NCBI GenBank assembly: GCA_030324005.1
Contig: JARDVH010000097.1
Location: 61,245,278 to 61,309,277, forward strand
Source: Negaprion brevirostris
Taxonomy: Eukaryota
DNA: 64,000 nt
Direction: 5' to 3'
The notes under the pieces were generated by a model, which was not told the DNA's origin, did no database searches, and worked only from the letters and a program-made list of their open reading frames with translations. Positions 36,688-50,640 of this stretch are shown piece by piece. The position numbers and the translations under genes are program-made. Numbering within the stretch: the stretch's first letter is position 1; each line of letters opens with the position of its first letter.

Positions 36688-39599
36688 GGAATGTCTGGCT
36701 TCTGATTTTCATATTTTACCACCTTGGCTGACACTCAACAGCAAGGAGGTGGCAGTGCTGGGAGTATAGATGCTGTTATCTGAGGTTGATGTAGCATGGA
36801 GCATTTGGGATGCTGTCTCATCATTTCCAGTAACCTGCTGGAGCTCAATTTGTTGGAGTGCTGAGAGAAGTGGGACCTGCAGTCATGGGGCAGCAGTCCA
36901 AGAATGTGATGCACCAAGCTGAGCTGGCAAGCCAACAAGCAGATACTTCATCACTTCATCCTGAGCTTCAACTGTAGCACTGAGGTGTTGGGTGGATTCT
37001 GTCTGTGTTTCAACAGAAGTTGAGACAACATCACCAGTAGGTCCTCAGATGTTACCATGGAGTTGGCCACCATTTCTAAGCTGGGATGGATGGATTCCAG
37101 CGCTGCATGATACCCTGTGCCAAATTGGAACCGGACTCTCCTATGCTCCTTGGCAGTGACTACTGACTTTATGGTAGGTCAACGAATTCACCAAGCATTT
37201 TGGTGTGCATGCCCATTGACATTCTCTTTGTACATCACCTCACCCGAGTACTCCGCAGAGGAACACATCTGCAATCTCACCTTCCAGTGAACTGGCACAT
37301 GAACTGTGCCTTTTTCCCTGGCCTGACTGCTGCCCACTCATGTCTGGTGACTCGCTATGTGCTGATCCCAGTTTTAGGTTAACCCCTGAGATATGAGCAG
37401 TTCCAGTATCTGAGCTGGGGATTGATGGTGCTTCATAATCAGAGGGATGCTATTGCATCCCTCTGATTATGAAGTGATGTTGGGTCTGCTGGTCAGTTGT
37501 CCATTCTCAGCTATCTGAAAGCAGAGATACAGAAGGGGAAAGTTGACATGAGGAAAGTGTCTGGGGTGGAATTCAACCAGTCCATGGTCACATCATCTAC
37601 AGCTTGTATCTCATGTCAGATATTGGGATGAGGGTGAACTGATTCTATTGCACGGCAACAGGCAGTAAAGTATTGTCATTCTGAATGTGCTTGTCAATTC
37701 CATTTGCTGTTCTCTCATGCCTCTGTCTTGCAAGAGAGAAGGAAAAATATCTGTGAGCCTTTTGCACTTTGGTTCTTGTGTCTGACTTAGGTGCAGTTAC
37801 AGCTTGAGTGCCTCGCCTGCCTGTAAGAGGGCAGGTTGCTTTTAAGAAATGCAGACTATCTTTGTGTCATGCTGGCCACTAATGCAGCTTGACCCCTGGT
37901 GAGGATGGAGTCAGTTAGCAGTGCATTTCATGCTGCATTTAATGCAATCAAGTTGATGAGGAGGCAACACAAAGTTTCTTGCTGCCTGCCTAAATGGGTC
38001 TGGGGCAGAGTAATCGTGCATTGTGATCCTGTGCCTGTTAATGGCCTTAATCTGACTTTTTACACCCTTTTAGTTTTAAAATCAGTTCTGCAGGTTCTCT
38101 CAATGACTTCTTCAATTGTTGAAGCCGTGAGTAGCTGGCTTATAAAGATCAGCAAGACCCAAGGTTGGATTGCTAATCTCTTTTGTGTTCACTCAGCTCA
38201 TTTGGTCGCAAAAGCAGTAAAATTAACTTTGGTGGTCTTGAGTTAGAAGGGAAAAAATAAGCAGTTTTCCCTTTCCAGATCACAATGCCAGGAGTCCTGC
38301 TGAAAATATGCATGTACGAGGATCAGATTGGGCCTACTAATTCTAAATAACCCACTAACAAGTTTATACATGATCTATTGCCACTTGCAGGAAGCCTGGT
38401 ATCAATGTTCCTCAGCAAAAGACTTCCCATGCTGGAGAGAAAGTGGAAGTGAGGGAGGATAATTGCCAGCAAAAGAGGAAAAAAAATGCAATGATCATGA
38501 TATACTGCTCCTTGTGCTGTGTAATGTCACCTGATTCCCTAGGCTATATACTATACACTTAAGTAATTTCCAGTTCTGTGTTTTCTCTATAACACAATGA
38601 AGTTTTAAAGAATATTATTCTTCTGAGTGGTTTATATTTCCATCAGATCTTAAAATGAGATGAGCTATCAAGGTGCTTCAACTATTAATTCAGCTCCAAT
38701 GCATCCTCAGGATCACTCATCCCTCTAAGTCATGGCAGAAATGAGGAGGAATGCCTTTATCTGTATTAATAACACAATGTGAAGCTACAACATTTTATTG
38801 AGCTGTTCTGTCTACAGACCTTCAAACATTCAATATATATCTGCAGCTGGCTAAATGAAACAAACAACTTGTGGCATAGTGTCCTGGTGATCCAATATTC
38901 TTTGTCACAAACTGCCACATTATGATTGGCATTCCCACTTTTGAAAATTTTAGGGAACAGGTGGGTGCAAATTTAAAAACTGCCTGCAGTGGAAATCAAC
39001 AATGGACTATTCGGCAATCTCTAATATGGCCATGATCATTCCTACTGCTCCAGTAATGATCTGATAAATATTAGTCTATAAGGTCAGTCTTTTTACTAAT
39101 TAAGGCCAAATATGCAATGATATGCCAAAGACACAGTTATATTGCACAGCAATCAGTGTGCACCAAGTCAATTTGAAAGGTGAGCATTTCACTCCACGCA
39201 AGACTTGTGTTAATGAGGTTAATGTGGAGATTCAGTGCAAAATAATCGCTATAGCAATGTCTGGACCTCCTCGGTAAACTGGGATTTTCTTTTTTATTGT
39301 TGAACTATTCTTCACAAAATTCCTCTCTGAACAATTGAATCAATACATTTTCCAGCTTTTTCATTAGTTAATTTGAATATTAACAGATGTCAGTTGTAAA
39401 TGTGTTTGATTGACTGATTTATAGTTGAGGCTAATGAAATCATTTTCTAATGAATCTTACTTGCCAAGATGTGTTTCCTACCTTTGTTAGTAACCTATAG
39501 ACAATAAGAAAAATTGAGCAGTGCTCTTTTTAGTAGAAGATGAAAAGTTGATCCACATTGATTTACATTGGTGATCACTATATGGTGATTCAAAACCTT

Positions 39600-39790
39600 T
39601 TTTTAATCAGTAATGGAATTGCAAGCATCACTGGTAGGGCCAACATTTGTTGCCCACCTCTAATTGCTCATGAGAAGGTGGTGGTGAGTCACCTTCTTGA
39701 ACTACTGAAGTCCATGTGCTGAAGGTACACCCACAGTGCAGTTAGGGAGGGAGTTTCAGGATTTAATCCAGTAGTAGTGAAGGGATGGTG
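39600..39790 (-). mobile_element. LINE 3' tail fragment
   Basis: Reverse complement of the tail at 31440-31590 and 59415-59570 (gagaaggtggtggtgag...gttagggaggga). Confidence 0.75.
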
Positions 39791-41094
39791 ACTAATCATA
39801 GGTGGCAAGTGGTAGTTTCTTCTTAGCACACAAGGGATAGAAATAATGGAGCAGTCATCCTAAATGCTATTACACACTGATTCAAGGACAGCTCAAGGAT
39901 AGTATGGGTGAGGGCATCGGACCAGGTCACCTTCCCACTCTCTGAGCTGAATACACAGGAGAAGGTGAGTGGGAGAAAATAAAAATCAATGTTAAAAAAT
40001 AGTAAGGGAAGCCGATGAAAAATGTAATTTTGTAAAAGAACTTGTGAAAATAACAGCCAAAGAGATCATTTTAATATGTTCAAACTGTGCTGGTGCATTA
40101 GAATGAGTCCTTTTACCTGTTTTGAAATGCCACCTGCAGAATCTTACCACAGGAAGAAAAAAATGTCACAGAAGAGATGCCATTATGAATTACAGGCTGT
40201 GTAAATGCTCATAGATAAGAGTATGCAGATCACGATAGAGTTCCTGTGATGGAGTATACATGCTCTTAGTCATTGAGCAGCAGGTTCCTACTGCCACCAC
40301 ATCCAAATGCAAGTCAGATGAAAGTGAGTTACGCTCCCTATAGGAGCAGGACAAAAATCATGTCTCAAAGTCTGTCAAATATGGAGCAGCAAATTGCTCT
40401 ACTTGGGAGAATGCTCCATGTTAAAAAGTAATTTAGCCACACCATTACATCCTTATTATACACCAGTGATTGTTCAGTACAAAAAGTACATTGCACGACT
40501 GCATTTTACAAAATTGCTGTGAAACATAATGTTGTACATCAGCTTGTGTAATTAATACTATTTCAGCTGTTTAAGTGTCTCATTTCTATTTGCATTACAG
40601 TGAGCATAATGGCTAGGTAGCTTGCTGATTCTATTTTCTATCTTCTATTTTTTTGAATTTGTTATCGTTCTCATTGTGTGTAGCTCTGCACCTCTAACGC
40701 TGTTGTCTTCTGTCCATTGTCTGAGTGATAGACTTCTTCACCATTTCTGGTTTGATAGTGAATGGGTTGTTTGGCATGAAATGTGTTTTTACAAGGAGAG
40801 TGCACAGTCACACATATCGATTGGCTGACTCAGTCCAAATGCAGATATGCAGGACTTACTTTTTCTCTCACTTATATAGGTTGTGAATACACTCTGAAAC
40901 ATTAATTTGCCTGAATTCAATACATATGCATTCAAAAGTCTGAACCATAAATAACATTAGAAATTTATCCTGAGAAACGCCTTTCATTTGCTGGACAGAG
41001 GAAGTGACTCACTAACACATGCAGAAAATGCTGGGGAGACACGAGAGGTTTATCAGCTGTACAAAGAAAAAGGATGTTTAGCATTAGTGTGGAA

Positions 41095-41362
41095 TTAGCA
41101 TGGGTGTGGAGTTTGCATGTTCTCCTCTTGTCACTGTGGGTTTCCTCTGGGTACTCCCTCCCACAGTCCAAACATGTGCAGGTTAGGTGGATTGGCCATG
41201 CTAAACTACCCCTAAGTGCCCCAAGATCTACAGGTTAGGGGAATTAGCAGGATAAATACATGGGATTATGGGGATGGGGCCTGTGTCAGATACTTTGTCG
41301 GAGAGTCAATGTGGACTTGATGAGTCAAATGACCTCCTTCTGCATTGTATGGGTTCTATGAT
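41095..41362 (+). mobile_element. HE1-type SINE, 5'-truncated
   Basis: tgtggagtttgcatgttctcc...gtgcaggttaggtggattggccatgctaaa...cctccttctgcattgta. Confidence 0.85.
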
Positions 41363-41714
41363 TTCCTTGGTGGACCTATTATTAGAAATAACACCATCCT
41401 GATGATGAGTAGAGGCTCAAAACACGAACCAATGTTTTCCCTTTTCAAATACCCATGGATCTTCAGTATGTTTCCATCATTTCCTGGTTTTATTTCAAAT
41501 AGATCCACTATTCTCAGTTATTTTCTTCTAAATGAATTGATAGATGTTACAGAATGTAATATAGGATAGCCAGGAATTTCTGTAGACACATTCTTAAATG
41601 AGTGTGACAATTCAAAATGTACTTTTCATTCACCCCTTCCACTGACTAGGTGGTAGGGCATCTGTCCACAAAACCTATTTACTGTGACAGAGTGAAGCAG
41701 TCGGAAGTGGGATG

Positions 41715-41851
41715 CTCTGACCTCTGGCCGGAACTCTGCCACCTTGCCTGTCACAGGATCGGAGCGGATGAAAGTCTGACAGTGGAAATCTCTGTTGAGC
41801 TTGGGCAGGAATTTCTGGTCTCGCTCAAGCAAGGCCATAAAATTCTGCCCA
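41715..41851. mobile_element. Short Harbinger-like MITE
   Basis: Ends TGGCCGGAACTCTG / TAAAATTCTGCCCA are imperfectly complementary; similar to 545-665. Confidence 0.5.
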
Positions 41852-43154
41852 CTGAGTTCATTCTGCCATTGCTTTGTGGCTTTCATTCAATCATTCCATT
41901 TTTATTTACAACTGTGCACATTGAATAAATACAAAACTAAAATGGCAGTGTTCAGTTAAATGAATTGAGGACCACTTCATTATCATCCTCCTCTTTGTGT
42001 TCTTATTCAAACTTGCGCAGAATGCTGCTTCTGGCCAATTCTGTTGCATTTTTAACCTACTGTTTATTTAACTGACAAGCACTGTTTGTTTAAACCATCA
42101 ATTACATGTGCATGGGAGATAAAGCATTTGATATTCCATATTCCTGCCTTATGTCCAAATGGAAAAAAAATGTAAATTTTCTATAAATAACTTCGTAATT
42201 AGTATTTAAGCCTGCTTTTAGGAGTTTTGTCAAACAGGGTTTCACATTTGCATGTCTGCATGCTTGGGATGACAGTGCCTGAAATAGATTAGGAAACCTA
42301 GAGAGATAATAACCTGGATGTTTACTTCCTTTCCCAGACTGTGCTTAACAGTACATTCTTAGACCAAAGCAGTCATTATCTTTCCTTTAACTCTACAATC
42401 TATTATTAATCTTAGGAAGCTGACCATTAATGCTTCAGCATATCTCCAGGACATTAACACAATCCCTGATTGAGGGAACATTACATTCAGTCACTAGCAG
42501 CAACATAACAATTTGTCAGAAAGAAAATTTGATGCTTTCTATTTAAAAAAAAACAAAGAATCCATTCAAACAACATTGGAGTTTAAGTTCATTAAAGCTT
42601 AAAGGAACAATCAAAAAAGTGAGCGTGAAAATATCATTCTATATTAAATCTGATATATTTCACAAAGACAATCTCAGAATTCACACTGTAGAAAATGATA
42701 GCTGGCAAGCATTTAGACACTCACTTGAATTTTTTTGCCCTTTTCATGGAACAAAACAGATCAATGTAACAAATAACATTTGATTTTACTCTGATTTTAT
42801 TGGGCATTATAGATTGAACTCTACAATCACAACATTGCAGAACATCACAAAAGTTTAAAAAAAAATAAAATTAGCCAAATCAAAAAGTGACTAATAGACT
42901 GGATTTTAAAATAGAAAGGATAATTCCACAAGTTTGAGTCTGTGGAAAGGAATAAGTTCCTATAGAGATGTTGCAATAAACCTCAATTTCAAACATTGTG
43001 ACTCTGGAATTTATCTTTCAGTTTGTTCTCAAAATGTGCACATAATTAACAAGGTCACCTTCAATGCCCATTCATAGTTGCTCAGTGAAGGTGTGTAGCA
43101 ATCGTTTTGCAACTGTAGGAAGTGCTGAATTATTTCAGAGAGTATTAAGAGGAA

Positions 43155-43410
43155 ACAGTAGCATAATGTTACAATATTGGGCTAGTAACCCAGAGCCTTA
43201 GACTTATGACCCAGAGATTTGAGCTCAAATCCACCAGGCAGCTGGAAAATTTACATAAGAGAATCTAGAATAAAACACTAGTATCAGTAATGATAGTCAT
43301 GAAACCACTGGATTGCCGGAAAAATCCATCTGATTCATTAATGTCCTTTAGATAAGGAAATCTGCCTTTGTCAGATCTGGTTTGACTCCAGATCCACATA
43401 AGTAACCTAG
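43155..43410 (+). mobile_element. tRNA-SINE (same family as 25308-25590), degenerate
   Basis: ggctagtaacccaga...ctcaaatccacc...catgaaacc...aaaaatccatctgattca. Confidence 0.65.
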
Positions 43411-43705
43411 CAGGTCACAACAAGCAACAATAATAAAATTGGGCAGATGACCAGTTATCAACTGAATCACCAGACATAATACAGTCATACCCAGCCCAAC
43501 CAACCCAGCAAAGTCTTTGTTGATGTGTTCCACTTGTCCACAGACTAGTCATGCCACAGCTTGGCATGGTCATGCTCACAGAACCATACCTTTTCAATGT
43601 CCCAACTCCTCCTTCACCATTCCTGGGCATTCTGTTCCACCAACAGCACAAAGCCAACAGAGTTAGCAGCAGAGTGATCCAGAGTCAGGAGGGAATGATT
43701 CTATT

Positions 43706-44310
43706 GGGTGACCCAGGGTAAGGTAGCCACTTGGATACAAAATTGGCTTGATGTAAGAAGCCAGAGTGTGGTTGTAGAGGGTTGTTTTTCAAACTGGAGC
43801 CCTGTGACTAACGATGTGCTTCAGGGATTGGTGCTGGGTCCACTGATATTTGTCTTTTATGTTAATGATTTAGATAAGAATTTAGGAGGTATGGTTAGTA
43901 AGTTTGCAGATGATATCAAGATTGGTGGCATAGTGGACAGTGAAGAAGCTTATCTAGGATTGCAACGGGATCTTGATCAATTGGCCCAGTGGACTGACAA
44001 ATAGCAGATGGAGTTTAATTTAGATAAATGCGAGGTGATGCATTTTGGTAGATCGTGACAGGGCAGGGTTTACTCAGCTAATGGGAGGGCATTGGGAGAT
44101 TATAGAACAAAGATTGATCTGGAGGTACAGGTTGATAACTCCTTGAAAGCGGAGTCACAGGTGAACTCACAAAGCCATGCTGACTGTCCCTAATCAGTCC
44201 TTGTATCTCTAAATGCCTTTAGGTCCTTTCTCTCAAAATACCTTCCAACAATTTATCCACCAAAGATGTGAAGCTCACTGGTCTGTAGTTCCCAGGCTTT
44301 TCCCTGCAGC
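43706..44310 (+). mobile_element. CR1 RT fragment with an adjoining inverted segment
   Basis: ORF 43708-44004 WIQNWL..RSQSVVVEG.FS.W.PVT..V.QG.VLGP.IF...VNDLD...SKFADD is CR1 RT. ~44165-44310 is an upstream RT segment in the opposite orientation. Confidence 0.85.
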
Positions 44311-44330
44311 CAATCAATCATGATTGATTG

Positions 44331-45080
44331 ATTGATGGTAGTGTTCAATTCCATTCATAATCCCTCAGATAATGAAGCAATCCTTACATCAATACAACAA
44401 GACCTGCATAACATTCAGACATAGGCTGATAAATAGCTGGTAAGATGCATGCCACGTGCCAAGCATTGACCCTCTCCAACAGGAGAGGATCTAGCCATCT
44501 CTGCTTGATGTTCAACAGTATTATCACCAAAACCTTATTATCTACAACTGGAGGGGTCACCATTGACCAGAAACTTAACTGGACCATCCAAATTAAGACA
44601 GTGGCTACAAGAACACATTGAGATTCATTCATCTTCTTGATCCACAAAGCCTTTCCATGATCTACTGGCATAAAACAGGAGTCTAACTTGCCTGGATGAG
44701 TGCAACTCTAACAGCACAATCCAAAATAAAGCAATTTGCTTGCCTGGCATCCTATTCACCATCATAAACATTCACTTCTTCCACCACTGACACAAAATGA
44801 CTGCAGTGATTACGAGAAGCACAGCGCACTCATCAAGTTTTCTTCCACCATCATTCCCAAATCCTCCCTCCCAAGTTACGTACTATCCTGAAATATATTG
44901 CTTTTCCTTCATTGTTATGTCAAACTCCTGGAACTTCCAAATTAGCAGCACCATCATTCATGCGGATTACAATAGTTCAAGAAGGTGGTTCACTACCACC
45001 TTCTTAAGGACAAGTAGAAATGAGTAATAAATGCTGATCTTGCCAGTGATGCCCACATCTGATGACCAAATATGAAAAAA
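44331..45080 (+). mobile_element. LINE 3' portion (same family as 30040-31590)
   Basis: Colinear with 30730-31590 (caagacct...gaccagaaacttaactgg...aaagcctttcc...taataaatgctg). Confidence 0.75.
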
Positions 45081-45234
45081 GCATACGCTGAGAATTGTTT
45101 CAGCACTACACCTGCCCTGCAACATAACTTCACTGCAGTATAATGGAAGCCCCTGAAATTTCTGATTGTAGTATGGACAGTAAGTAGATCAGACTGAATA
45201 TCTACCTTTCCCTGGTGAGCATTTTCTTTTGGAA

Positions 45235-46630
45235 TATCAGCAAGACAGTTCTTAAGATGTGGGCAACACTGACAAGGATGTATTGATGATCCTGAAGAGG
45301 TGGGGATAGATTGTCTCTTTGAATTTTCTAATCACGGATGATGCTCCCACAATGGTACTCAGTTGAAAATGTCAAGAATTTGATCTAGCAATGGAAGAAC
45401 TATGCAATACACCCACCATCTTTGATGCGTGGAACTTGGAAGTGACGGTGCTCAGTTCTTACTGACAGAGGTCATGGACTGGGAGGTGTTCCAAAGTCAA
45501 CTTGGCAAAATGCTATAGTGCATCTAGTGTTTAGTCCATAATGCAGACACAGTGAATGGTGTGTTGAATATTAAGTTTAGTGTCGGGGGTGCTGAAAATT
45601 GGAACTTCTGAGAAGATATAGTGAGCTTCATGAGTATTATTACATCTTTCCACTGTTACATGGAAGTGCTGAGTATTCCATCACAAGGTGGCCATTGCCT
45701 GATATTTGCATGTTACAAACAATACCTGCAACTTGTCAACCCAAGTCTAATGTTGTCCAAATCCTTCTGTGGGTTGGTGTAGGCTGTTTGTGATTGTGCA
45801 TGGAATTGATGCTATAGAATCATTTGTAAAAAGCCCTTCCCATTGCATTATAATAATGCAATATTAATTATGAAATGGCTGAAAATGTTTGAGTTAATGA
45901 TGCTGCTTTGAGGAACTCCAGTAGTGCTGTTCTGAGGCTGGAAAATCTCAGCAGGTCTAGCAGCATCTGTAAGGAGAAAAAAGAGCTGATGTTTCAAGTC
46001 CAGATAAACTTTAGTCAAAGCTTTGAAACCTGCTGAGATTTTCCAGCATTTTCTCTTTTGGTGTCAGATTCCAGCATCCACAGTAATTTGCTTTTATCCA
46101 GTGTTCTGAGGCTGACTGACTATCCAACAAATACAGCCATTTTTCTTTGCATCAGCAATAAGTCCAAATGCTGGAAGGTTTTCTCATTGATCTCACATTT
46201 GCTGTCATTCCTTAATGCTATCATTAGTTGAGTGCAACTTCGATATTGGGGCAGCTACTCTCACTTCCTACTGAGATTCTGCTCTTGAGTTCATTCTGGA
46301 TAAGGCCTTGACAAGGCTACAGGGCAAGAGATTCTGATGGAATCTAAATTTAGTACTGATGAGATTCTTTGTGAGTAAGTGTCACTTGATGACACTACTG
46401 ATGCTTCTTTATCACTTTGCTAATGATGGAGGAGAGAAAAATAGATAGTAATTGAGCAGATTAGATTTGTCCTGTCTTTTTTGAGGGTGGAACATCCCTA
46501 GCCAGCCTTCCCCTCGTCATAACTGCGCTGAAAAAGTTTGACTTGGGGAACGACTAATTTTGGCATGAATGTCTTCTGTACTTAAGCTGGGATGTTCTGA
46601 AGTTTTGCATTATCCAATTTATTCAGATGC
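45235..46630 (-). mobile_element. Old degenerate LINE, reverse orientation
   Basis: Patchy reverse-complement similarity to the 30040-31590 family; interrupted by 45941-46101. Confidence 0.5.
45941..46101. mobile_element. Penelope-type hairpin element
   Basis: Arms GCTGGAAAATCTCAGCAGGT / ACCTGCTGAGATTTTCCAGC; perfect 13-bp TSD TGTTCTGAGGCTG (45928-45940; 46102-46114). Confidence 0.82.
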
Positions 46631-47929
46631 TTTCTGCTTGGCAACATCTGAGCCAACCAGAGTTGCCCAGCCAACCACTCAGAAACCTTTTCTCCTGTTG
46701 TATAATTCATGATGGTTTGAAACTTGGCATTCTTGCATTTGTCTTCATGAGTACAAGACAAAAAGCTTCGACAATATCTTCAGCAATATTCAGATGATTC
46801 TTACTGTCATATGGTTGGACACTGTAATTTATGATGTTTGAGACCTTTCAAGCTGAACCAGTAAAATGATCAAGTTTTTTTTTGCCTGAAGAAGTGTATA
46901 AATACATCAGCCTTATTTCTTACGTTCACATGCCAAGCTCCACCATGTCTAAGATTGGGTATGTTCATTGAACTCATGTTAATTGCCCAATTGCCCACGA
47001 TCCTCAATCGGATTTTGTAAGACCTTTGTCTGATTCTTTGATTTTGGCTCTATTTAACTTCATCGTTCTCTGCTACTTTCAATGTCTGACATGCAAGTAC
47101 TGTATCCCACTAGACTGGTGCTTCAGCCTCAGGTATGTCTCATGTTGCTTATGACACAGCCTCAGCACTCCCCATTGGACCAAAATGAAACTCACAAGAT
47201 CAATCTATGGCCCACTAAGAAGATTTGCAATTCACAGTAAACCTAAATCAGGGCCAGGATTTAATGGCACTGTTGTGATGAGTATCCCCCCAGAGGATGG
47301 ATGTGGCAAGCCATTTAATTCTCCATTCAGTTCAGCAGGATTATAATATCCCTTTGGGCAGGAGGGACCATGACATCCTGGCCCAGGTACACTGTTGTGT
47401 AAGTTACCAATCAGACTACGTGGGAACAGTCTCTGTGTAGTTAAGACTGTTCCGATGTAGTCTGTTCCCAGGCATCCATTACTGTACAATTGCAGAATAT
47501 AAGATCTTTGCTTTCCCAGAATGTTCTTTACTTTATTTCAAGCAGTTCTCTATCAATAAATGGACCAATTATGTACTATCTTATTTCAAAGATTACATTT
47601 GAAATGCTTCTTGGTTCTTCCAAAATGCTCTATTTCTCACAACGCTATCATTTGCTTTCCGTAGCATTTTGCAATGCTACATGTCTTATTCTCTAAACAT
47701 TTATAATCTCTCTAGGATACCTATTACCAGTTCCATTTCATAAGGTAGCAAGTTCAATTTGGAAAAAGCATTTTCCTTTTTTTTTTGCCTTTTATCTAGT
47801 AGTAATTTTAAAGCCTCATCAAAACCACAGCAGTCAGTGGTGTTCTGCATTACTGCTTTGATTAAGGGAGCCCCAAAGTTTCATTTTTCATTTCTCTTTA
47901 TTCCACATCTTTAGAACCTACAGGAATAA

Positions 47930-48515
47930 AACTGAATGGACCATTTGGCATCGACGTAGGCACCAAAAGCAACAACTGCGCTCAGTCCTACCAACACTGC
48001 ATAATCCTCCTTGCTAACACCTAGGGGCTTGTGAGTTATTGGGAGAGCTCTCCCATAGACTAGTCAAGCAAAAGCCTGATATAGTCATATTCACGCCACC
48101 ACATCACCATCCTTGCATATGTCTAGACCCATTAGAGGCTACGCTACAGTGGTATATGGTTGGGAGGGCAGTGCCCTGGGAGTCATCAACATTGACTCTG
48201 GATCCCACAGAGTCTCATGGCATCAGGTCAAACATGAGAAAGAAAACCTCCTGCTGATTACCACCAACACACCCTTCACCACCTGAGGAATCATTACTCT
48301 TTCAGTCGAACATCACTTGGAAGAAGCAATGAGGGTGACAAGGACATAGAATGGACTTTGCGATGTGGGACTTGAATGTCCATTACCAAGAGTGGCTCAA
48401 TAGAACTACAGATGGCCAAGTCCTGAAGGGCATATCATCCAAACAGGGTCTGTGCAGACTGTGAGGGAACCAACAAGAGGGAAAAGCATACTTGACCTCA
48501 CCCTCACCAATGTAA
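47930..48515 (+). mobile_element. LINE endonuclease remnant
   Basis: GELSHRLVKQKPDIV (ORF 48039), GDLNVH.QEWL and REPTRGK..LDL.LTN are APE-domain motifs. Confidence 0.7.
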
Positions 48516-49314
48516 GTATTATAGCACTGTCATCCTCATCAATCTAACTGGATGACAGTACTATCAAGTAGCACGTGCACTTTCTCCCAGAATCTGAAGG
48601 TCTCTATCCACCCTGCTTGAACTCTGATCCCTGCATGGTTCCTTCAAAGACTTCAGCTCTAATACATTATGACAGCACATCATCAAGCTTGCTTGTGGCA
48701 GTTGGATGGGAAACCCAGAAGTCCGATGCAATTGCAATGGTAGCTTTAAAAGTCAGTGAGAAAAGCATTGCTGAAATTTTACGATTCCATATGATTTGCC
48801 AGACTCCCCTTTATCAGCAGGTCAGAGAGGTAAAATTCATCCCTTTTTCAATGTATCCTTTTCATCTCTCGCCATTTTTATAACCACTCTGAATGGGTTT
48901 GCCCATTGTTTAGTTATATTTGCATTCATAAACCTTCAGATTACATATCCTTGCATCCTGTCATGATGCAATTGTTGAATGATCTTGAAGTCCTCCAGAG
49001 TCTTTGATGCCACAGCGAAAATTATTTATTTTTATGTGTTGCAGCAAATACTATCTCTTACCTTTGTTGGCTCAACCCAGCCTCTCTTCATCTATTACAA
49101 TTCTTCATTTGAGTGCTCTCTCTGGTAAGAGAATAAATCCTTACATCTCTTCATTGCTATAACAACGTTCAGAAAAGTCTGTTTCCATTTTACTAACACC
49201 TCAACAAATCTTAATCCCTTGTAAAACTCAGACATGTTCATGACTTGAATATGATCTGCCAAGGCAATCCCAGCACTCTTTCTTGCACTCACAAATAAGC
49301 TATGAGATAGGTGG

Positions 49315-50157
49315 GGGAGAGGGGGAATTTTCAGCCCTGTGCGTGCATGTGCAAATCACGTTATGGCTAGAGAATCTTGTGAGAGGGGTCAAACGTCATT
49401 TGCAGCAGGAAGAATTCATTTTGAGATTCTCTCCACCCGCAGCTGGCATAATAATCTGGTTCATGCCCAGTGAGTGTGTGAACCAGATTAGGATATTTAA
49501 ATCCGCATTTGAAGATGCATTTCCAGATTTTAGCAGGATTCACCTTGCTCTCGGTATTCACTGACCCAGCGGCACAACAGAAAGCTGGCAGGAATCACTG
49601 CTGGTCTCTACAAACAAAAGCCAGGCATGATGACCATGCTGGGGGGGCTCGGAGACCATTGAAGCCCCTGAGTAGTTAAGGACATGGCTGGAAAATGCCC
49701 TAGTGCTGCCCCCTAGCAGTGCCAACTTCACACTGCCAGCTTGGCACTGCCAAGGGAAGGGGGCTGAAGGGGGGCATGGGGGGCCTCAAGAGGAGGTGCA
49801 TCTTTGATGATCCTAGAGTGGGGTTTTTAATTACTTGGGGGAGTCCGCAATGATGGGGTGNNNNNNNNNNGTGGGCGGCGAGCGAGGGGGGGGATCTCTA
49901 CCAGTGACTGGGAGGGAGAGAGGGGTTTACATGGGTGTCCGGACAAAAGGCATCCTGAACTCTCAGCAGCCAGCCATGCCGGTGGTGTCTTTAGGTCCCA
50001 CACTTGTCTTTCCAGGTGGGAATCACCCCAAGCTCCAAAAAAAATGTCAAAGTGTGGGTGGATTGCCGTCTAAATTAAATCAACCCACCCGGCTGCAATT
50101 GCACTGCTTTTCCCACCAGAGACAACAGTTCAAAAAATTTTTTGGAGAACTGCACCC
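49315..50157. mobile_element. GC-rich Harbinger-like non-autonomous element
   Basis: Right end TTTTTTGGAGAACTGCACCC parallels the right end of 8901-9963; similar ggca/tgcc-rich interior. Confidence 0.55.
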
Positions 50158-50640
50158 AGAAGGTTTGTCCATTTTTCACATCTACTTAGGCCTCTGTGAT
50201 CTCTGCCCCGCTGAGCTTTTTTCTCTAATTTCTCCTAAGTTTCAAATCTGGTCCAGTGGACCTTTCCTGATCTCAAAATCGTAGAACTTTATCTCCCTCA
50301 ATCTTTCTTTCCTCTACAGTTCAGCATATGAACTGGCCATTGACTTCCAAGTTTCTTTCTTGCTGTTTCGAAGTTGATTCTGAAGTACATCTCCACTCTT
50401 CATCCTGGTTGCTGTGAGTATGTTTCATAAATGACCAGATTGTGAGAAGTTTTGTGCTATGAACTGTGACCGGTGGAAATTGAATTCAGACTACCCAAAC
50501 ACCCAGAACTCTTGCAAACAGAGGACAGAGAAGGCTTTCATCTCATCAGTCTGAGCTAGGTTTCAACCCGGGTTTCAAGGTTGAAAAGACAAAGTTCGAA
50601 CTCACCATGATTTCAATAAGAACTGTATTTTTTCTTTCAG

